Virus record (IMG/VR): IMGVR_UViG_3300025174_000005
DNA length: 64,000 nucleotides
Source of the DNA: a virus
Direction: 5' to 3' (one strand)
Shown here: positions 21,744 through 30,052 of the stretch, piece after piece
How positions within the stretch are numbered: position 1 is the first letter of the stretch
How the letters are laid out: each line of letters begins with the position of its first letter
Position numbers and translations under genes: made by a program
The notes under the pieces: generated by a model
What the model was told of the DNA's origin: nothing
The model's input: the letters and a program-made list of their open reading frames with translations, nothing else
Database searches by the model: none

Positions 21744-21767
21744 AAAAGCGTATCCCAAAGGATACGC
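21744..21767 (-). terminator. Intrinsic terminator for the minus-strand gene
   Basis: GCGTATCC-CAAA-GGATACGC, with an A-tract on the + strand that is a U-tract on the minus strand. Confidence 0.65.
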
Positions 21768-21848
21768 ACAGATCGTATAACCACCAGAACTTTGGGTTGT
21801 ATTCGTCCATATCTTATCTAGTGATTGTCTTTTAAGACAAAGTTTTAA

Positions 21849-22079
21849 TTAGTAGTGGTAACTTGTAGTTACGTTGATATCAGCTAACGTACCTTGTTCT
21901 ATCTTAAGAAGGTCCATCTTAAGACCACGTAGGATAATGCTTAAATCAGCAAGTCCTGAGAGGTCGTCGGAAACGGGATTGTCTGAGGTTAAAACAATAC
22001 CGTTCTTATGGTCTATAAAAGACTCAGTGTTCCTAAGTCCACGTTTAATATAGCGAACTTTGAAAGCAGCCATGTACAT
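21849..22079 (-). CDS. Lone minus-strand small protein
   Basis: RBS aaggaga just upstream, its own promoter and terminator. Confidence 0.75.
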   Translation of the reverse strand: MYMAAFKVRYIKRGLRNTESFIDHKNGIVLTSDNPVSDDLSGLADLSIILRGLKMDLLKIEQGTLADINVTTSYHY

Positions 22080-22114
22080 ATCTCCTTTCTTATTTGAGGT
22101 AGCTTACAAAGACA

Positions 22115-22143
22115 ATAATAGCATAGTATAGGAGGATATACAA
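22115..22143 (-). promoter_or_regulatory. Sigma70/SigA-type promoter for the minus-strand gene
   Basis: TTGTAT-N17-TATTAT on the minus strand. Confidence 0.6.
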
Positions 22144-22175
22144 GTAATATGTATGTTAGCGAAGTTAGGTATAAT

Positions 22176-22197
22176 TTATTGTTTGATTAAACAATAA
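22176..22197. promoter_or_regulatory. Operator-like inverted repeat between divergent genes
   Basis: TTATTGTTT-gatt-AAACAATAA, directly after a + strand TATAAT (22170-22175). Confidence 0.4.
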
Positions 22198-22286
22198 TAT
22201 TTTTCAAGAACACTATAACAAATAAGTGGTCGAGTAGACTATCTATAACACCATCCCATTTAGCTCATTGTGCTCTACAGGATAAG

Positions 22287-22511
22287 TTGGAATGGTATGC
22301 GCCAACTCAAATGAAAACACCATTAGCTTCAACCAATGTAGTAGCAATAGATATTATGGATGACTATCTAGATTTACGGGTAAGAATTACCGTCCGTGAG
22401 ATGAATAAGATTAGGGCTATGTATCCTAAATGCAGAGGTCTTAATACAACAACACCAGCAATAGTATGTCAAGCACTCTTTGGTATAGAAGTACCATGTT
22501 TATATGATTAA
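22287..22511 (+). CDS. Small ORF with the conserved tag
   Basis: TTPAIVCQALFGIEV. Confidence 0.55.
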   Translation: MEWYAPTQMKTPLASTNVVAIDIMDDYLDLRVRITVREMNKIRAMYPKCRGLNTTTPAIVCQALFGIEVPCLYD

Positions 22512-22710
22512 ACAATGCTGTAATTCTCTATATCAATCTATATCAATATACCATGGTATTAATCATTGGGGTGTGCACGTAGCAAAGACCAAACTTGACA
22601 CTTCATATTGTTATGAGTTGGTATCTTGTTCGCCAAATGCTGAGATTTCAACGCCTAGTCTTGTAGTCAAATTTTTACTTGGTATTTACAATAAAGAATT
22701 TTTTGAATAA
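22504..22710 (+). CDS. Small ORF with the conserved tag
   Basis: STPSLVVKFLLGIY. Confidence 0.6.
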   Translation: MIKQCCNSLYQSISIYHGINHWGVHVAKTKLDTSYCYELVSCSPNAEISTPSLVVKFLLGIYNKEFFE

Positions 22711-22721
22711 GAAGGTGTAAT

Positions 22722-22943
22722 ATGGCTAAATCAATAACCAAGAGATTAGAAATATTTTATGCTGGTGTGGAAGATTGGTACTTGGGTATTAATGGCAAGT
22801 ATCCTTTGGAGCGTTTGGTACATCCATACAAAGAAGGTAACTGTATCGAAGAAGAAGTAGAGATGCAATGCCTGGGTAGGATATTAGTTATGCTGTTAGA
22901 TATCTTTCCAGAGCTAAACCAGAAGGAGAAAACTATTGAATAA
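22722..22943 (+). CDS. Small ORF with a degenerate tag
   Basis: CLGRILVMLLDIF. Confidence 0.5.
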   Translation: MAKSITKRLEIFYAGVEDWYLGINGKYPLERLVHPYKEGNCIEEEVEMQCLGRILVMLLDIFPELNQKEKTIE

Positions 22944-23200
22944 GATATTTAAGATAGTATTAGTTCTCTTATCGATTGCTGCTTCACCAGTACTAATTAC
23001 ATGGGGTAGAATAGAACAACTACCAGCTGTTATAGCTGGGATGATACTTGGATGCGGTTCTATATTGCTTCTTGTAAGCGTATTGTTTGATGGCATACAT
23101 ATCAAGTCTATTAAGGTTGGTGATTTATCAAAAGAAGACATAGATAGATTGCAAGAAAACCTTGATCGCAATGAGATTAAAAGAAAGGAGGATGTATAAG

Positions 23201-23348
23201 TGCCAGCACAAATATATGGTTGTAATTGCTCACACGAATTCCAAGATAAAAGATATGGCAAGGGCCAGAGAGTTCACAGTGAAGCTGGCAAGGGTACTAA
23301 ATTACGTTGTACGGTATGTAGTAAAGAGAAAACTATATTAGTAAAATA
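23201..23348 (+). CDS. Small Cys/His protein, not in the ORF track; end coordinate approximate
   Basis: GTG start after aggagg; CNCSHEFQDKRYGKGQRVH...RCTVC. Confidence 0.45.
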
Positions 23349-23369
23349 AAAGGAGGTAAGTAATACGTA

Positions 23370-24095
23370 ATGTTTTTGCCAAAAGAGATAGTTGAAAAAA
23401 TAAATAGGAAATTTGATCCTAGTTTAATTAAAAAACGTGAATTACATAAAGGGGGTAAGGTTCTTAGTTATATCCCCACTCATGCAGTATTAGAGCGGTT
23501 AAATGAAGTATTTGGACATGACGTGGATAGTCGTATACTTTATTTTACGCCAGAAAGTACAGCAACAGACGAAGGTAATATAGTTGTTGTTGTTGAATTA
23601 ACCGTTCGACATGAGGGTACCACAATAGTAAAGCAAGGCTTTGGTTCAGCTAAGGTTAAAAAGACCCAGGCTGGTATTATAGTAGACTTGGGTAATGATT
23701 ATAAAGCAGCATCATCAGATGCTATCAAGAAAGCTGCATCACAATTAGGTATTGGTCTACATCTATATGATGATAGTGATGAGATCGCAACAGAGATGTC
23801 CTCTGATACTACACTAACTACCCCAGTTCCAGTAACAACAATTAAAACACCTAATAAGTTTAATAGAAAACCAATAGTAACTACCGACTCTAGCAGTACA
23901 TCTAATAACACCAACCCCGCTCCAGCATCTGAAAAGTCACTGAACCTTATGTTTAAGTTGTTAGGAGAGCATAGCAAAACAGTTGCTGATTTTGGTTTAC
24001 AAGAAGGCAACTTAACACAATCTGAAGTAAGCAAAGTAATCAATCAATTGATTGGAGAATCAACGAGTAAGCCAAAAGAAAAAGTAAAAAGCTAA
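23370..24095 (+). CDS. Rad52/Sak-family single-strand annealing protein
   Basis: LSYIPTHAVLERLNEVFG, KAASSDAIKKAASQLGIGLHLY. Confidence 0.88.
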   Translation: MFLPKEIVEKINRKFDPSLIKKRELHKGGKVLSYIPTHAVLERLNEVFGHDVDSRILYFTPESTATDEGNIVVVVELTVRHEGTTIVKQGFGSAKVKKTQAGIIVDLGNDYKAASSDAIKKAASQLGIGLHLYDDSDEIATEMSSDTTLTTPVPVTTIKTPNKFNRKPIVTTDSSSTSNNTNPAPASEKSLNLMFKLLGEHSKTVADFGLQEGNLTQSEVSKVINQLIGESTSKPKEKVKS

Positions 24096-24295
24096 GGAAT
24101 CAAATAAAATGTTTAGATGGATAAAGCAGATGATAAATCTATTGTTTGTAAAACAAAAAGAATCTAACCCTGTAAATAAAGTTACATCTAGTTCTTTTCC
24201 GTCTGATGAAATAGCAAACTTCTTATGGCATACTGAACAGCGTGCCAGGAGTTTGCACTACAAAAACAAAAAATAGTATCGAAAGGAGGAGCATA

Positions 24296-24481
24296 ATGCT
24301 CACAAACAGACAAAGGAACAAAATCTTCAATGCTGTTATTAAGAATAGTGGCAAGAAGAAGCCTCTCCCTATTAGTAATCTTGCTGAGAAGCTTGGGTTC
24401 TCAACATCTCAAGTTGCAGCAGTAAAAGCATGGGGAACCATGAAGGGCCAATTCCCTTACAATGTAGGAGAACGGCGCTAA
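24296..24481 (+). CDS. Small basic, possibly HTH protein (real start 24296)
   Basis: RBS aaggagg; ISNLAEKLGFSTSQVAAV is HTH-like; followed by a hairpin. Confidence 0.55.
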   Translation: MLTNRQRNKIFNAVIKNSGKKKPLPISNLAEKLGFSTSQVAAVKAWGTMKGQFPYNVGERR

Positions 24482-24490
24482 AATAGAACA

Positions 24491-24513
24491 GGGCGGGGCT
24501 TATAGCCCCGCCC
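24491..24513 (+). terminator. Hairpin terminator
   Basis: GGGCGGGGCT-tat-AGCCCCGCCC. Confidence 0.65.
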
Positions 24514-24538
24514 CTCTATCTTCAAATAGGAGGATAAC

Positions 24539-24751
24539 GTGCCTATATACGAATATAAATGTGGTGATTGTAATAAAATAACCACACATATTAATACTAT
24601 AGATAATCGTCATAATACACCTCCATGTAGTATATGCGAAGGAATAACCAAATTAATAATCAGCTTGTCTGATTTTAATATGCCTGCGCCAAGAGTAATT
24701 AAGAAAACATTGGGTGAATATGACGACAATAATGAGTACATAACAGACTAA
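24539..24751 (+). CDS. FmdB-family zinc-ribbon protein
   Basis: MPIYEYKCGDC...PPCSIC...LIIS. Confidence 0.8.
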   Translation: MPIYEYKCGDCNKITTHINTIDNRHNTPPCSICEGITKLIISLSDFNMPAPRVIKKTLGEYDDNNEYITD

Positions 24752-24767
24752 GAAGGAGAAGTATATA

Positions 24768-25004
24768 ATGAATATCAATGACTTTAATGAAGTAGGAAAG
24801 ATTCTCATAAATGGAGAGGTAATTTCTTATGACGGGAGCATGTCCCTTTTAGAGGCTTTAAAACAAGCTCTAAAAACTAGGAATATTACTACCGTAGACG
24901 TAATCCTTAATGGTCGTGAAATAGTTAATAAGAATGAGCTGCCTCTTGACCTAGCACACGATGATGTCCTAGAATTGAGAACATATGCTAAACCTGGAAG
25001 ATAA
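24768..25004 (+). CDS. Ubiquitin-like beta-grasp protein (ThiS/MoaD-like), C-terminus KPG-R
   Basis: ILING / helix SLLEALKQAL / VILNGREIV / LAHDDVLEL pattern of ThiS-like Ubls; penultimate Gly. Confidence 0.72.
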   Translation: MNINDFNEVGKILINGEVISYDGSMSLLEALKQALKTRNITTVDVILNGREIVNKNELPLDLAHDDVLELRTYAKPGR

Positions 25005-25602
25005 TGAAGTAGAAACGCTCTATGCTATTGTACAAGAGCAGGAAAAACAAGACAGATATGATATAGAAAGCGGTCTTGCGACGCACAATACATGTTTGAG
25101 AGTCTTAAATAATCACATCACAAACACAATAACACTACCTCAACCTGGTATATACCAGGTTGAGGATAGCCAGATCTACTCAATAGCATTTGGAAACTTT
25201 TCTATTAAAAAAATATATCATAATAATGTAACCTGGAACATTCCAGTTCATATGCAAGAAACAGTACCACTCATGATAATATATGAGCCACCAGTAAGCA
25301 TACGGCTTTTGCCTATTCCAGGCATTACACCAGATAATTGGAAAGAGTATTTTCCGCCTTTTCATTATGATAAAGATACCAATCAGGTTTGCTTTGGAAG
25401 CACTGTCTTTACAACAAAGCCTGAAAACTTACAAAACAGAGTTTCTGACATAGAAAATATTTTAAGTATCTATAATACAGATAGCGCACATACTCTTAGG
25501 GATGATTGCGATTTATCATCTAGTTGGACACAAATATTAGATGATCTAAGAAATATATCTTTAGGAAGTATTCCTAAGTTTCTTACAGCAGTCTTAATTT
25601 AA
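24985..25602 (+). CDS. Putative prokaryotic E2-like conjugating enzyme
   Basis: PPFHYDKDTNQVCFG resembles the E2 HPN-x-G-x-[IV]C active-site loop; lies between Ubl and E1. Confidence 0.6.
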   Translation: MLNLEDNEVETLYAIVQEQEKQDRYDIESGLATHNTCLRVLNNHITNTITLPQPGIYQVEDSQIYSIAFGNFSIKKIYHNNVTWNIPVHMQETVPLMIIYEPPVSIRLLPIPGITPDNWKEYFPPFHYDKDTNQVCFGSTVFTTKPENLQNRVSDIENILSIYNTDSAHTLRDDCDLSSSWTQILDDLRNISLGSIPKFLTAVLI

Positions 25603-25614
25603 GGAGGCTAAACC

Positions 25615-26553
25615 ATGGTAAAAACAACAAACATAACAATAATAGGATGTGGAGGTGTTGGATCGTGGATTGCTTACTTTCTTGCATTAGCTTCGAAAGA
25701 TTCACATTTTTCTAGTATTAATAACCTAACTCTTATTGATTATGATACATTAGAAGACAATAATCTTACAAGATTACCTACAACACATACTGATAGAAAC
25801 ACAAAAAAAGTAACATATCTTAGCAAGACCATTTACGATACAAAACCTGCATTTACAATAAACGTTATGTCTAGTGCTTTATCTAGTGATAACATTAGTG
25901 TTTTATTAAATGATACTACACATGTATTTTGTGCTACTGATACTGTAGATATTCAGAGATTAGTTAGAACTTACTGTCAAGACAATCGAATAAAATATCA
26001 ACGCGCTGGATATGACGGTGATTGGATTACAATTACAAGAGGTATACCAATAACCTTTGATCCCCAGCAAGAACATCAAGAAGGAACTGACTACAGCGAT
26101 AAACCAAAGGTTTATCAAGCTGCTCTTGCTGGATTACTTGCTGTATACTCTATGTTTGAGAATGAGGTTTCTATATCTGCTCCAATGAGTACTTTAACTG
26201 CGTTTAATTCCTCCTTAATACCGAAAACAATATTAAATAAGATAAAAGATGATGTTAAGGATGAGATACTTGATGATGGTGATTACCATGGCAGTGATGA
26301 CTGTAACCATGAAGATTGTTGGGTATTTGATGACGCAATAGATAGCTACTTAGACAATATAGATATTGATAGTTTGCCAAGTAGAGTTCAAGATGTTGTT
26401 GATAAATATATAGAACGTATGGATAAACATGATGTTCCACAAAATCTCATAGACGATATTATTGAAGATTTTAAAGACGAGATGACTGAAGACGATATTC
26501 CTAATGAACTAATAAGAGAACTTAAAATTAATTTTACAACATCGGAGGATTAA
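25615..26553 (+). CDS. ThiF/E1-like adenylyltransferase with acidic repeat tail
   Basis: IIGCGGVGS, LIDYDTLEDNNLTRL, KKV, VFCATDT. Confidence 0.9.
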   Translation: MVKTTNITIIGCGGVGSWIAYFLALASKDSHFSSINNLTLIDYDTLEDNNLTRLPTTHTDRNTKKVTYLSKTIYDTKPAFTINVMSSALSSDNISVLLNDTTHVFCATDTVDIQRLVRTYCQDNRIKYQRAGYDGDWITITRGIPITFDPQQEHQEGTDYSDKPKVYQAALAGLLAVYSMFENEVSISAPMSTLTAFNSSLIPKTILNKIKDDVKDEILDDGDYHGSDDCNHEDCWVFDDAIDSYLDNIDIDSLPSRVQDVVDKYIERMDKHDVPQNLIDDIIEDFKDEMTEDDIPNELIRELKINFTTSED

Positions 26554-26556
26554 TTT

Positions 26557-27411
26557 ATGATGACATTAGCTACAAAACCATGTATAAGTTGTGACTGGGT
26601 ATCTGCTCAGAGTGATGTACTATATTTCTCAATGAAACTATGGGAGAAATGGGTATACGCCACTAAGGTTTATCCAGACTTAGAGCTACTTGCTTTATTT
26701 AAAGTAAATAAATCCCGTGAAATTACCGAACTAGTATTTCCAGAACAGGAAATTGCAGTTGCAGATTGCTTATTAAAAGAACAAAAAGGGCAGTGGGATG
26801 GAATGATACATTCTCATCATACTATGTCCGCTAAATTTTCCAGTATGGACTATGATACTGTTTTACCTAATTACAAATTTGCCATAGTAACTAATCATAT
26901 GGGGAATATAGAAGCAACTGAACAGGTAGACTTGCCTTGCGGAGGCAAGGGATATAAGAAAATAAATATAATTATTAGTCCAGCATTTGTTGATAGCGAA
27001 CAAATAAGGTCAGTTATACTAAGAACCGTTAGTGTAAAACCTCAAACTACGTTTGCCTATGAGCGTATAGAAGATTATAGTTTCCCGCAAAACCACGATG
27101 TCCCCTGGAAAAATGACTTATTTGATAGTTACACAGAAAAATCCAATATTCCAGATCAGGTTGTTAATTTAGCTGAACACCTTCTTTATGATAAGCAACA
27201 CAAGATAAATAAATATATTGCTGTACTAAGCAAGCTTAGCGATAATAGCTTAACTGGTATACAGTTGTCTCTAATGGCATCCACCACAGATAATCAACTT
27301 ATTCTAGATAAATTAGAAGACATTGATTGTATTAACAATATAAATGGATACACATATATTACCGAGTCGGGACTTGATCTCCTAGATTATCTAAGTAGTA
27401 CTACTATATAG
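26557..27411 (+). CDS. JAB/JAMM metallo-isopeptidase
   Basis: HSHHTMSAKFSSMD = H-x-H-x7-S-x2-D; upstream E (LELLALF). Confidence 0.88.
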   Translation: MMTLATKPCISCDWVSAQSDVLYFSMKLWEKWVYATKVYPDLELLALFKVNKSREITELVFPEQEIAVADCLLKEQKGQWDGMIHSHHTMSAKFSSMDYDTVLPNYKFAIVTNHMGNIEATEQVDLPCGGKGYKKINIIISPAFVDSEQIRSVILRTVSVKPQTTFAYERIEDYSFPQNHDVPWKNDLFDSYTEKSNIPDQVVNLAEHLLYDKQHKINKYIAVLSKLSDNSLTGIQLSLMASTTDNQLILDKLEDIDCINNINGYTYITESGLDLLDYLSSTTI

Positions 27412-27414
27412 AAT

Positions 27415-27443
27415 TTGACAAGTCACAATTATTATATTATATA
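27415..27443 (+). promoter_or_regulatory. Putative sigma70-type promoter
   Basis: TTGACA-N17-TATATA. Confidence 0.5.
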
Positions 27444-27470
27444 TATAATAGATTAAGAAAGGTAGGTATT

Positions 27471-27692
27471 ATGAAAGTAATTACACAAGGTAAGAGTAGG
27501 TTTTGGGAAGGTAGACAATTTACTTGTCCTGATTGTAATGTGTCTTTTGTTTTAGAACTTAAAGATTGGGGTTATTTCATGTATCGTCATAAACTAAACA
27601 AAGAATGTTGTATAAGTATACATTGTACAAGCTGCTATAGTATTATTCCATTAAACTTAAAACAAGGAGTATGCGATGAAACAAATACCTAA
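27471..27692 (+). CDS. Small Zn-ribbon protein
   Basis: CPDC...CTSC. Confidence 0.55.
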   Translation: MKVITQGKSRFWEGRQFTCPDCNVSFVLELKDWGYFMYRHKLNKECCISIHCTSCYSIIPLNLKQGVCDETNT

Positions 27693-27855
27693 TGGTGTTT
27701 CGTTATTTGAGTTTGCAGAAATAGGAAATAAACTAACCTGCACTAATTGTGAGGCAGTATTAGAATTGGAACGTCTTGATGTTGTTGACATAAAACTAAA
27801 GAGATTTACTATGTGTTCAGAGTGTAATCATAGAATAGAAGACGTACGTATTTAG
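27676..27855 (+). CDS. Small Zn-ribbon protein, likely paralog of 27471; not in the ORF track
   Basis: LTCTNCEAVLELERLD vs FTCPDCNVSFVLELKD; CSEC; RBS aaggag. Confidence 0.5.
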   Translation: MKQIPNGVSLFEFAEIGNKLTCTNCEAVLELERLDVVDIKLKRFTMCSECNHRIEDVRI

Positions 27856-27856
27856 T

Positions 27857-27885
27857 TTGACAAATCTCACTATTTATGTTATAAA
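27857..27885 (+). promoter_or_regulatory. Strong sigma70-type promoter with extended -10
   Basis: TTGACA-N17-TATAAA with TGn. Confidence 0.7.
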
Positions 27886-27937
27886 TAAAAAGAAGAGTAA
27901 TTTATTCTTCCTACCTCTTTTGTAAAGGAGATTGAAA

Positions 27938-28033
27938 GTGGCAACTAAAAAAAGTAAGAAAACAACTACAAAAAAGAAGGCACCAGCATTTGCGGCCAAC
28001 AAAACGAACAAACCCGCCAAAAAGAAAAAGTAA
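27938..28033 (+). CDS. 31-aa Lys-rich peptide, not in the ORF track
   Basis: aaggag RBS, GTG start, MATKKSKKTTTKKKAPAFAANKTNKPAKKKK*. Confidence 0.55.
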   Translation: MATKKSKKTTTKKKAPAFAANKTNKPAKKKK

Positions 28034-28540
28034 AAAGCCCTCATCTTCACAAGCCCGTCAAATAGAGCATCCAAAGCTCCAGGAGATCCTCCGACAAGTT
28101 CTAAAGGTAGAACAATTAAAGGAGGATCTTCTTCTTGAGGCAGCAGAATACTGTGAGGATAATAATTTAAGCTTAGAAGATGCATTGAAAGTATTAAACA
28201 CAAGCATTAACAAACACTATGATCAGGAAACAAAGAAAGGCAATAAGAAAAATTAGATGTCAGTATTAAACTTCAAACCAGTTATACGCAGACCACATCC
28301 ATTATTATGTGGGCATATGCAAACAATATATAAGTTTAATAATAAGCGCGGTGCCTCTGTCCTTGAAGGTAGTAGGAAGATATCTATATGTCCTATCATA
28401 TATCTTTCTGATGACCCAGAAGATTTTACACTAGAATCTAAAGAACATACAGTAGATAGAAATGGAGTAGCCAATGTACTAGAGAGTATTTGCAGACTAC
28501 CAGAGATAGTCTGGCCAGTAATGCACAAGGAGCGTAGAGC

Positions 28541-29020
28541 ATGATATCTGTCCAAGAGATGCAAGAATCCGATAGTAATGCAATTATATCTCAGATAATA
28601 TGTGCTTATCCCACGTGGTTACATGATAGTTTTGATGTAGTTATGGACTTAGGATTGCTGGAATCTCTTACCAAACGATGCCGACATGTATTGTCTGATC
28701 AATTTAATAATACAAATACATGTTTTGGAGGATATATTCTTAAGAATGATACTGATATAATTGGACATATTTGGTTATATCAACAAGAGAACGATACCAC
28801 AGGTAAGATGCAGGCACAGATATTATCTATTTATATTCGCCCTGACTATAGAGGTAAGTGGTTTCATAAGAGGTTAATTGAAACTGCTGAATTGTGGGCT
28901 AAGGATAGAGGTTGTTGTGCCCTATCTGGTATGGTGGTTAACAATAACCTTCGCGCTCTCAAATCAGCTGCACGAGAAGGCTTTACAGCTACTAGGTATG
29001 AGATATATAAACCACTATGA
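28541..29020 (+). CDS. GNAT acetyltransferase
   Basis: ILSIYIRPDYRGK, LIETAELWAKDRG, NLRALK...GF. Confidence 0.82.
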   Translation: MISVQEMQESDSNAIISQIICAYPTWLHDSFDVVMDLGLLESLTKRCRHVLSDQFNNTNTCFGGYILKNDTDIIGHIWLYQQENDTTGKMQAQILSIYIRPDYRGKWFHKRLIETAELWAKDRGCCALSGMVVNNNLRALKSAAREGFTATRYEIYKPL

Positions 29021-29536
29021 CGACTTGGTAATTAGTAGGATATATAAAATAGGAGTTGAACCCATGATAGATATTATTAACGTACTAGAACAATACAATA
29101 TAGTAAACATATCTTTTGATGGCAATACATATTACTGCAAGCTCATAGATAAAACAGAGGGTAGTGGACAATCTAGAACACGAGCTTTCCTTGAATGTAT
29201 GTTAAAACATCATGAAGATCTAAAGATAAATATTAAGTTTAAAAGTATTCATTAACATATAATAAGGAGGAAAAATGAATATATTTGCTGATAGTGATAT
29301 TAATAACAAAACATTTGTCATAGCAGATAATATACTACAAGATCCTGGAGCAACATATGCTGTGCAGGTAATTGGATTAAAGGGCATTATTCAAGTTAGC
29401 GACAAACAAGTTAAGAGATTTATTACACAGGATAGTATTGCACTCAAAGCACCAATACTTAAAGTAACAGCTCAAGATGTTATAGATGAGTTGATGTGTA
29501 ACTTAACTGATAAATATTAAGTAAGAAACCTATTGT

Positions 29537-30052
29537 ATGAATTATTATAAAGCCCCATTCTGGCGTAGATTTGAAATAATGGGTGATTGGTCTGAAGCGG
29601 CTATAGTTGAGTATTGTAATCAACACAACTATAAATATACCCCTTTTGGATTCAACCGTCCTAATATTACATTCCGAAAACTTCCTGGTTTTCTTCAACA
29701 TATGCCAGATTTTATAGTTGAGGGATTTAACAAGGAATTGGTGTTTGTAGAGGGCAAGGGCGTAGGGAGAGATGGAATTGTTAAGATTAAACAACAAGAT
29801 ATAGACATATTATCTGAATGGCAACAAAGAATGCCCGTATACTTTAGTATATATCACTCTAATAAAAGTAAGATATGTTTTGGCATACCATTGAATGAGG
29901 TAGTTGGTTTATGTAATAAATCCGAATCTGCTTGCTTTCCAGATAACAATAAGTTATATTATAAATTACCTATCAAACAGTTTGCTTGGGAATGTATTAC
30001 AAATGTACATTCACTAACCTTACCGCAACAGGAGGACCCAAATGGGTATTGA
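29537..30052 (+). CDS. PD-(D/E)xK nuclease-like protein
   Basis: MPDFIV...VFVEGKG. Confidence 0.6.
   Translation: MNYYKAPFWRRFEIMGDWSEAAIVEYCNQHNYKYTPFGFNRPNITFRKLPGFLQHMPDFIVEGFNKELVFVEGKGVGRDGIVKIKQQDIDILSEWQQRMPVYFSIYHSNKSKICFGIPLNEVVGLCNKSESACFPDNNKLYYKLPIKQFAWECITNVHSLTLPQQEDPNGY

Noticed and set aside
24242-24295. Upstream GTG start of ORF 24242-24481
   Set aside because: A strong aaggagg lies just before the ATG at 24296, so the real gene is shorter.
24768-26553. ThiS/ThiF as auxiliary thiamine or molybdopterin biosynthesis genes
   Set aside because: No ThiG, MoaE or sulfurtransferase is in the window, the Ubl lacks GG, and E2-like and JAB genes are in the same operon. This is not fully excluded without assays.
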